The notes beneath the pieces are model-generated. The model did no database searches and was not told the DNA's origin. It saw only the letters and a program-made list of their open reading frames with translations. From Folioceros fuciformis (lineage: Eukaryota): a stretch of 64,000 nt of DNA. The DNA lies in NCBI GenBank assembly GCA_049999805.1, contig JBNGIO010006139.1, positions 51,034 to 115,033 of the forward strand. The letters are read 5' to 3'. The position numbers and the translations under genes are program-made. This document shows positions 49,986 to 58,579 of this stretch, piece by piece; position 1 is the first letter of the stretch; the number at the start of each line of letters is the position of its first letter.

Positions 49986-52382
49986 CTACTGACAAAAGCA
50001 TTCCTTGTATGTCCATAAAAGAGACCGAATAAAAAAGTCAGTCTCCAAGAATTCGATGTGGGCTGTTCTGCCCACGTAATTGCTGAGATTCACCGCTTGT
50101 CCAGTAGTGTCGAAGTTCACATCACACCGGATAAAGGTGTTATGCTTCTGAATGCCTTTCTCGAAGAATCTTTCAAGGCAGCCTTGCACCATCTGCTTGT
50201 ACACGGCCCCTCGTCTTGAGTCCTTCTTGGCTTCAGGACACATCTCCAATCTTGCGGAATGGTATGGCACATACCGATCCTGGGGTGAGGCAAGGAGAAT
50301 AATATGACGGAAGTTTCCCAGCACATCTGTCTGGCTTAGCTTGTACAGAAAACATTCCTGTAGGGTGGACTTGTCCGTGAAACTCAGCTGATGCATACAT
50401 TGTGCTCCCTTAAATTTCTTCAGTATCCACATTCCGGAGTTGAATAGTGAATTGGAACTGTAAAGATAACCTAGATGAGGTGCAGACATGGACAGAAACG
50501 TGTGCAAACACTGTAAATATGGTTTCAATACCTCGTCGCGGAGGGCAGACCTGATAATAACTCCACCAATCGAGTGGCCAACAAAACTGAGCTTACAAAG
50601 TCCAGTCCTTCTCACGGCCCTCTTGCCAGTCCCAAGCTTTTCCTCCAAAAAGCTTACAACCTCATCCGCAAGACGCTTCCCCAGTTCCTCGAAGCTATCA
50701 TATGTACGATCTTCATTAGCCATGGACATCAAGCACACCGCAAGGGGGTCCATGCACAGCCAATTGTTCCGCACCAACCGCAAGTCCCTGTGATGTCCTT
50801 GAAAACCATGAACAAACACGACCACATGTAGCCCTCGTTGATTGTCCCCATTTCTCCTGAGCAATGATCCATCAGCTCTTCCTGGAGAGGAGCACGGATT
50901 TTGGGCCTGCGAGAGACCCTTCTGAGGAGAAGGCGCCCTGTCACGTGTCACATCCCCACTTCCAGCATCTCGCAGGTGCCTCTCCACAAACATGATCGGG
51001 TGTTGAGTTACGTTGCTGAACGTCTGCAAATCCTGAAACAAGCACTTGTCTACATGCAGATCCACTAGGGTTTTCCGATACAGATCCGCAAGGGCACCGA
51101 CAGTCGAGGCACGTGACTCCTGAGCTTTTCGAGAAATGAGCTTCTTGGGTGATTGCCACAGGACGGGGGGACACCTGAGCTGCCAAGGAACCAGCCATCT
51201 CCGGCTGTCGACACCAAGCAAATCGTCGCTCCTCATGCACATGTCCGTACTGATGAGCCACATGGACCAATCTCTAGAAGACGAGGCCTCCCATGCTGAC
51301 CGAAGCCTCAGCCACAAAGATGCTCGATTCGCTCTGTGGGAAGTCAAAAACCTGTTCCACAAATCCGTGAGTTCCAAGCTTAGCTTGTCAAAAACTGTCA
51401 CCAACTCAGGCCTGCTTTCCGCGCCACCTGCGTCGCCGCCCTTGGGTGCGCTTGAGGGCCTGGCGGGGGCCGAGAAAGTGAACTTGTACTGTTTCCCTTC
51501 GTGCTGCATGGTCAACTCGTCCAGGAATCTAGCAGACTTGGACGAGCGCGTCTGGGTCCCGATCCAAGCCAGAAACTCGTTGTCATTCCCAACGCCATAC
51601 CCGGCCTCTGCCTTCCAGAGACCGGCTGGGGAATCCGGTTGGCTGCTCCCTGGCTCTCCTCCCGGGGAAAGGGGGCTGACACTGGAAGCAGCCAGCTCCA
51701 GGGTGAGCGCCTCCCGCGATGCGTACAGCGCCTTTAAAACGGCCATGTCAGCTGCACTGAGCTTGCAGGGAGCTGCCTCATCGTCGCTGGCGGAATGCAG
51801 CATGAAGGAACGCAGCTCCGACTTGAAGTTCAGAAGCACAGTATGCAGAGTGACATCCACCAGAACCATGTGCCACGCATCAAAACGGAGCGGGCAGTAA
51901 GAATGCAGTCCAGGCAGCCCTGCCGCCGAGATCCGGAAGGAATGCACAGCGACGGGGGCCAGTGCCGGGGTCGGATCCGCCTCTGCTGCTGCATCGCCCG
52001 GATCCTTCCTGTCAGCAGCAAATAGCAATTCAAACTTCACAACAGCCGGAACGAGCAGCGGCTTCTGCAGCTTGGCAAGGGAGAGGTGGAAGGACACCAT
52101 CTCCTGCAAAAACACATCTTGCCGGGCATACTTGATGTAGAAGGGACGGCAACAGAAGCTGTTGCTGGCGTCATCAATCTGCCACACCGTAGGCGCTTCC
52201 CCCTTGCTCGGATCCGGTGCCGCGTACTGCATCACCCGGGAGGGAATGCCGTGCACATCCTCCACGCCTTCCCAATGCGAAGTCACCTTGATCCCATACC
52301 ATCCCTGCTGGAACAGATCCAAGTTGTGGAATTTGTGCAGGTATACTGCAATCTCCAGGGTGGGATTGGCATAGGAGAGCAT
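49986..52382 (-). CDS. FAM135-family protein (DUF3657 + DUF676 putative serine hydrolase), single coding exon
   Basis: EIAVYLHKFHNLDLFQQGWY, HVVVFVHGFQGH, KLSFVGHSIGGVIIR (GxSxG), PHLGYLYSSNSLFNSGMW, SPQDRYVPYHSAR and GRTAHIEFLE. ATG at 52382. Confidence 0.92.
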   Translation of the reverse strand: MLSYANPTLEIAVYLHKFHNLDLFQQGWYGIKVTSHWEGVEDVHGIPSRVMQYAAPDPSKGEAPTVWQIDDASNSFCCRPFYIKYARQDVFLQEMVSFHLSLAKLQKPLLVPAVVKFELLFAADRKDPGDAAAEADPTPALAPVAVHSFRISAAGLPGLHSYCPLRFDAWHMVLVDVTLHTVLLNFKSELRSFMLHSASDDEAAPCKLSAADMAVLKALYASREALTLELAASSVSPLSPGGEPGSSQPDSPAGLWKAEAGYGVGNDNEFLAWIGTQTRSSKSARFLDELTMQHEGKQYKFTFSAPARPSSAPKGGDAGGAESRPELVTVFDKLSLELTDLWNRFLTSHRANRASLWLRLRSAWEASSSRDWSMWLISTDMCMRSDDLLGVDSRRWLVPWQLRCPPVLWQSPKKLISRKAQESRASTVGALADLYRKTLVDLHVDKCLFQDLQTFSNVTQHPIMFVERHLRDAGSGDVTRDRAPSPQKGLSQAQNPCSSPGRADGSLLRRNGDNQRGLHVVVFVHGFQGHHRDLRLVRNNWLCMDPLAVCLMSMANEDRTYDSFEELGKRLADEVVSFLEEKLGTGKRAVRRTGLCKLSFVGHSIGGVIIRSALRDEVLKPYLQCLHTFLSMSAPHLGYLYSSNSLFNSGMWILKKFKGAQCMHQLSFTDKSTLQECFLYKLSQTDVLGNFRHIILLASPQDRYVPYHSARLEMCPEAKKDSRRGAVYKQMVQGCLERFFEKGIQKHNTFIRCDVNFDTTGQAVNLSNYVGRTAHIEFLETDFFIRSLLWTYKECFCQ

Positions 52383-54291
52383 TCTGAGTCCAACATTCAC
52401 CCCGATCGCCTTGCCTTCACCTAGCTTTTCCCTGATCCGCTTCTGCAACACACGGAATTACACAATCTGCAGCCACTGCACATTCCAGCCAGCATCAGCC
52501 GTCCGGTCCGTCGGGACAGGCCAGGCCTTCACCACAACCAGCAGCGCGTACCCGATGCCCCGTCTCCGTTCTAGGGTTTGGTGCCAGTCCCGTTGGACGA
52601 CGCAGCCGGTGGCGTGTCACAGTCACGTGAATCATTTGAAAACGTCTCGCACGTCTCGCTTCCACTTCTCCCGGTCCCTCGAGCCTCATAGTTAAACAGT
52701 GGTCGCTCTCGTGATTGTGCGCCATTGGTTCTCGGCTGTCAAGGCAGGCCAGTTGGCACAGAGAAGGCTTCCAAAGCCGAACAGGCCCCTACATATCCCA
52801 GGCCTGTCCAAACTGGTAACAGCTCTGGGCCAGTTTCCGGCCCGGACACTCCACACGCTCCATACTCTGGCTCTGTCCGGACTCTGAAATTTCCAATTCC
52901 AGCGGGGTCGAGAGCCGTGAGAAACCAGTGTCACGCCCCTTCCATGGCAGAAGTGGAAGCTGCGAGCTACGTGATGAACACGTGGAGTCCACTCCCAGCC
53001 GAGGTGAGACCTACACTTCAAGCTCAGTTGTTCTCTTCACTGCAAGATGCAGAGTTGCAGGAAACTGGCGGGTGGTGCGTTCCTCCATCTCTTGTACATA
53101 CTCGACGAGTTGTTTCTCCAGAAATCCATACGGGCAGCCGTCTGCTACATCTCTGCCGTCTGAGATTCTAACGATTCAACAAAACTACAAATGACAACAA
53201 CAGTGCTTCCGACACCTGGTGCATAACTGCCTGAATGTATTCACTTGACAGATCAGAGTCTCCCAACAAGAGAGAGCAGTGACTGGATCCATTCTTGAGA
53301 GGGTAAAGCTTCACAGGAAAAGAGAATCATACAGAATCCTTGTACCCTCATCCTCGTATCCTCTGGCCGCATCTGAGACAGTGGATCCACAACACTTCAG
53401 CATTGCGCAAAACACGTGGAGGCAGATGGCTGGAGGGATCGTCGTTGCGAAAGCATCGGGCAAACCAGGTGAATCAGGGCAGTAAATTCCCAGCTGCCAT
53501 CCTTGAACCTGCGGATGCTCACAGTGGGTTCACTCATCGGCTGACACAGAAGAGTAACGTAAACGCCGTTAACACCGCCGATGCCTTGGTTCACTTATCC
53601 GCTGACACAGAACGGTAACGGGATGCCGTTCAAACAGCTCGACGTGAAAGCATACCACTCGCAGGTCCAGACGAGAAAATCAATTTTCTCTCTCTTCAAC
53701 ACAGAACTCTCTCATATTAATCCGTATTTTTGATATGGACATAAAAGACCTCTATGACGCTTGCGTCCCGTAGCGGCGAAGGACGCGGGCCATGGTGAAA
53801 GAAGGATCTAGATTCCATTGGAGCTGGAAAAACTTGTGGGGTCGGTAAGACAAGAGACACACAGCGGACCAAGCGCTTGACATAGCCATGGTGCAACCAG
53901 CGAAATTAGCGTGGACACTGGTCTCGTCAGGATTGTTTCCTGCTGACAGAAAGAAATGTGACAGTCATACTGTCCAGTTATCTGGTGACGGATCTGCCAG
54001 GCTAGCACCGATATTTTGTCAACAGAGGACATAGCTGGGTGCATGGCTTGGATCCTCTCGGGAGGCGTGACACAACAAAGATGGGCAGGTGCAATGGTTC
54101 CATCCGTACAGGAGGCGTGGGAAAGTAGGCAGCAGCTGGGGGATGTCGTGGTCCATGTCGAATGCCATGGCCGCCAGCAATCCTTGGGGCTCCTAAGTTA
54201 GAAAGAGCCCTCTCGCTTCGCAGGAGCCATTTGGGAATTTTGTGCAGCGTTGGGTTGCAAGCCTGTTTGTGTTTCACAGACGGGAGGAGCA

Positions 54292-56030
54292 ATGACGGAT
54301 CCTTACACGGTGGTCGAGCTTGTGTTGTATCCTGTGAAGTCATGTCGTGGTATTTCGGTACCAAAAGCTTGCGTCTCGTCTCGGGGTAGGTAGTGGCTGA
54401 ATGAGTCATGGTGTCTGGTTCCTGATGTTCTTTGTCATGACCTCTGAATGGTCCCAAACTATGCAGGTTTTCTGTACGACAGGGACTGGATGGTGGTGAC
54501 TGCAGACAAGGGACGCTTGATTACACAGCTCAGAGTTCCTAAGATGGCGCTTGTACAGACTTCTCTTCCTCTTGGTCTGTTCGGAGGACAACCCGTGCCC
54601 AGTGCTGCTGTTCTGTGTAAGCTCTCTCTCTCTGCCTAGCTCCTGTTTGTGAACTGGTTCTCCCAGAAACCTCACCGCTTTCATGGTCTGGCAGGCATGG
54701 ATGCACCTGGAATGCCGACGCTCAAGGTTCCCGTCACGAGACCTGTCCCAAGCTCTGCTCTGAAGGTCGGGCAGCGAGGAGCCATTGTGGATGTCGTGGT
54801 ATGGGCGTGGTCTGGCCTCGGCGTAGATGAAGGTCCGGAGGCTAGCAGGTGGTGGACTGAGTTCGTGGGCATGCCTGCTCGTCTGGTCCGAGTTCATGAC
54901 GGTGAGGTCCAGTCCCTTCACTCCTTATCCAGGTTATCCTAGCTGAATGCCTCGATCGAGAACGGGGACCTTGACGAGCCATTTGATACAGATCTGATGG
55001 ACCGCCAAGTGTCAAATGCTCCTGATGGATTTGTGACCGGGTTCAGCAACACAGGACAGTTCCTGCTCCAATCTGAGGTGCACCTTTCAGCCACTTCCCA
55101 TGATCATGTCATGTCACGTCTTCCCATCTTCTTAGTTCATAGAATCAGCCATGTGCAGGCCTCACTGGAAGATCTGAACCAGCGTTTGGAGCATCCGCTC
55201 CACATGAACCGCTTCAGACCCAAGTCTGCCTACTTGTGCCTCAGTCTCTGAAGATGAAGCATCTCTGCCGACTTGCATTTCCTGCATCATGCTGTCCAGA
55301 ATTCCTTCAGCCTTTCCTAACTACCAGTCCTGGGGGTCCTGCGGCAGTTTTATCATCCGAGGACCCAGGGCGTATGAAGAGGACGAGTGGCGCACCTTTG
55401 CAACTGTGCGTAATGGCCAGAAGCTCCAGTTCTCTTTCGTCAAGCGCTGTTCTCGATGCAGGGTACGTACGTATGTCAAGCGTCTTCCAATGCGAGCTTC
55501 GCTGCAGGCACCACGAGGGCAGGAACCCACCATGCTATTTCGTGTCCCAACGTGCAGGTTCCAAACATCAACCAGGAGACTGCCGAAGGTCCTGCTGCCG
55601 AGCCTGGGCAGGTCTCTGCAAGTCTGACATGCCCACGAGCCTACAACTCCAGTCTTCGCACTTTCTTCAAAAAATTATAAAATGTACTACACCGTACTTT
55701 CATCTGACACTAACCTCGTGTCAGCTGTGTACAGACACTGACCAGTTACCGATCTGGAAAGCTGCTGGGCATGGATGCCAGGGACGCGAGGCAGGTGCGT
55801 ATCCTTTTCGCTCACAGATCCACTGCCCTTGCCTCCTCTCCTACTCCTTACAACAACCTAGAACCTTCCTTCCTTACTCTGCAACTCATTGCCTTGCCTG
55901 CCAGATTTTCTTCGCGACCTACTTCGTTTGCGACCGCACCACGAGTCTGAAGACGAGCCCGCTGGATGAACTCCCTGCTGTGGCAGTCGGAGATGCGCTT
56001 GAAGTGCTCACCTGGGCACCCTCGTTGTGA
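54292..56030 (+). CDS. MOSC_N + MOSC molybdoenzyme, mARC-like (multi-exon)
   Basis: Exons read LYPVKSCRGISV / GFLYDRDWMVV / PKMALVQ / VDEGPEASRWWTEFVGMPARLVR / ASLEDLNQRL...MNRFRPNFII / YEEDEW / KRCSRCRVPNINQET / VAVGDALEV. Confidence 0.9.
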
Positions 56031-56102
56031 TTCGTTTTTGGCATGGGCACACGCTGTGGGCCAGCAGAGCTTCTGTGTTGCTAGCGTAATGCCAGGAGAA
56101 GC

Positions 56103-56500
56103 CGTGTTTGAGAATGCGTTGTAGGACCCCGTGTTCGAGGATGCATTGAAAGATCCATGTTAGAGGACGCATTGAAGGATCCCTGCTAGAAGAAGCATAG
56201 AAGGGTTCGTGTTTGAGGATGGATTGAAGGATCCGTGTTTGAGGATGGATTGAAGGATCCGTGTTTGAGGATGGATTGAAGGATCCGTGTTTGAGGATGG
56301 ATTGAAGGATCCGCGTTTGAGGATGCATTGAAGGATCTGCGTTTGAGGATGGAGTGAAGGATCCGGGTTTGAGGATGCATTGAAGGAGCCATGTTTGAGG
56401 ATGGATTGAAGGATCCTTGCTTGAGGATGGATTGAAGGATCCGTGTTTGAGGATGCATTGGAGGGGCCATGTTTGAGGAGGTGTTTAAGGACCCATGTTG
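56103..56500. repeat. 26-bp minisatellite, about 15 copies, degenerate at the edges
   Basis: Unit GGATTGAAGGATCCGTGTTTGAGGAT at 56221, 56247, 56273 and onward. Confidence 0.95.
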
Positions 56501-56999
56501 GAGGTCACTGTATGAGGAATGCTGGTTGAACTACAAAGATGGCTCAAATGGCCTGATTCTTCCCTGTCGCCAAGCATGAGAAGTGAAGAGCGTCCTGAAG
56601 GGAGACGATTCTAAGAGTTGCAAGAGGGCTCGTGTAATGACAAAGACTGGTGGAGAAACTCCACTCCCAANNNNNNNNNNNNNNNNNNNNNNNNNNNNNN
56701 NNNNNNNNNNNNNNNNNNNNNNNNNNNNNNNNNNNNNNNNNNNNNNNNNNNNNNNNNNNNNNNNNNNNNNGACAGCACTCACACCATATGGGCTGGATGA
56801 GTTCACAAGGGCCAGCGCCATGCTCCTTCGCCCGTGCACGATTTTAGTGTTTTGGTCCAACGCCGTTTCATAATTCAACTACATCGCTTGAGTTAGGCAA
56901 CCAGGTTTATTATTAACTCATGGTCAGGTTAAGTTCGAGACTCCGAATGAGTGCGCGTGGGACTTGGTCGCCATGGCCTTGCCGCCATGTTGTCGGTAG

Positions 57000-58068
57000 G
57001 AGTGCGAGCTCGACATGGAGCCAGTGGCCGCGCCGTCCAAGAGCTCTCCAGATGCTGCGTGCATTGTGGAAGCAACGTGGGATCGAGGATCCGGTTTACC
57101 GATGCTCAAGAACATACAACCTCCAAGCATCAGCCCCGACACGGTGAGTTGAACTGCTGACCGAATTAGGGTTTGCAGGAACTGATTCTTGCTGATCATG
57201 TCCCGATGCCGTAATTGTGGTGTGTGTATGTGTATGTGTGTTGCAACAGCTCAAGGCTGTGATGGCCAGGGAGCCAGGATATGACAGACTGCAGATCAAA
57301 ATACTGGACTGCAGGCATAACTTTGAATTTGAAGGCGGACACATCCTAGTCAGCCTCTTCACCATGACTGTCTGTTCTGGCATTAGGACTCTGAGTAGGG
57401 CCGCCGGAATGCCTGGATATCCGGCCTGTGGAGGTCCTGTGTGGCTGACACAGCGCATCTCTCTGCCAGGGCGCAGTCAACCTGAACGAGCCAACGTCTC
57501 TGGACGAGTTCTATGCGGACCATGAAAGTGAAGGGAAGAACATGGTGCTTCTGTTCCACTGCGAGTTTTCTTCGTCGAGAGCACCGCAGATGTAAGTCTT
57601 TCTCAGGGCAACTCCTCCATGCTCTTCTGTGTTGTTCTCTTTCCTCACAAAGTGCTAGCCCGGGCAGGTACGCACACATGCGAAACATGGATAGGCATCG
57701 ACACATGGAAGTGTACCCCGAGCTGGCATTTCCCCACATGTTCCTGCTGCACGGAGGATACAACTCCTTCTATTATATGCACCCGGTGAGCAACCTGCCT
57801 TCACGTAGTGCGTGACCAGAATGCTCATCGTTAAGGGGCCTTCATTTCACTACATGGTTTCCTGCAGGAGCTGTGTGAGCCCAGGCAGTACGTGCGGATG
57901 CTGGACTCGCAGTACAGTGAACAGCTGAGGATCGCCAAGGAGAGTCTGAGAAGAAGCTGGAGCAAAGTCAGATCTCGTGAAGGCGATATCGCGAGAAGAG
58001 TCTGTGACACAGGCTGTGACAGGATTAGCAGGGCCAAGTCTAAAGCTGTGAGGTCACTTGACGTCTGA
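57000..58068 (+). CDS. CDC25: CDC25 (M-phase inducer-type) dual-specificity phosphatase; 5' end uncertain, further exons may lie at 56580-56870 across the gap
   Basis: Exons 57000-57143, 57250-57348, 57470-57591, 57668-57785 and 57868-58068 are joined by phase-compatible GT-AG introns. Product: ...LPMLKNIQPPSISPDT-LKAVM...ILDCRHNFEFEGGHIL-GAVNL...LLFHCEFSSSRAPQM-YAHMRNMDRHRHMEVYPELAFPHMFLLHGGYNSFYYMHP-ELCEPRQYVRMLD...*. Confidence 0.9.
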
Positions 58069-58303
58069 AGGCTGTCCAACTCCATCTTTTTTATACATTC
58101 CTATTTTCAGTCACAAAACGCGCGCAGAACCTTTTGTACAGCTTCCTCTAGCAATATCGAACTACAGTCCGTGTCGGGCCATTGCCAATTTGGCACCAAG
58201 CATGGCCGTCAGACGACAAATACTTTTGTCTACTTCTGAAACACACAATGTGCCCTGGAGAAGCTCAGTGCTTCGAGCGTCGCAAGTAGCTTTTCGCCCT
58301 CCA

Positions 58304-58455
58304 GGATGAACCTCCGTTGCCCGGATGAGCCTCCGTTGCCGGGATGAGCCTCCGTTTGCAGGATCAACCTCCGTTGCCAGGATGAGCCTCCGTTGCCAGG
58401 ATGAACCTCCGTTGCCAGCATGAGCCTCCGTTGCCAGGATAAACCACTGTTGCCC
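58304..58455. repeat. 19-bp minisatellite, 8 copies
   Basis: Consensus GGATGAGCCTCCGTTGCCA starting at 58304, 58323, 58342, 58361, 58380, 58399, 58418 and 58437. Confidence 0.95.
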
Positions 58456-58579
58456 ACAACCCATAAAGCATCGTATTCCGGGCTTACAACTCTCAGATCA
58501 CAGTCATGGCCATGGACATTGATCCCAACAATGCAAGACTGGGAGCAGGCATTAGCAGTATCGTATCACGCCAATCCCA

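Noticed and set aside
57470-57591. CDC25 locus as the ordinary plant CDC25-like/ACR2 arsenate reductase or a rhodanese
   Set aside because: The active loop is HCEFSSSR rather than HCALSQVR, and the DR..YP.L..P...LL.GGY..F and CEP..Y..M motifs specific to true Cdc25 are present.
56103-58455. 26-bp and 19-bp arrays (and the 40-bp and 45-bp arrays elsewhere) as CRISPR arrays
   Set aside because: Units are head-to-tail with no unique spacers, there are no cas genes, and the context is eukaryotic.
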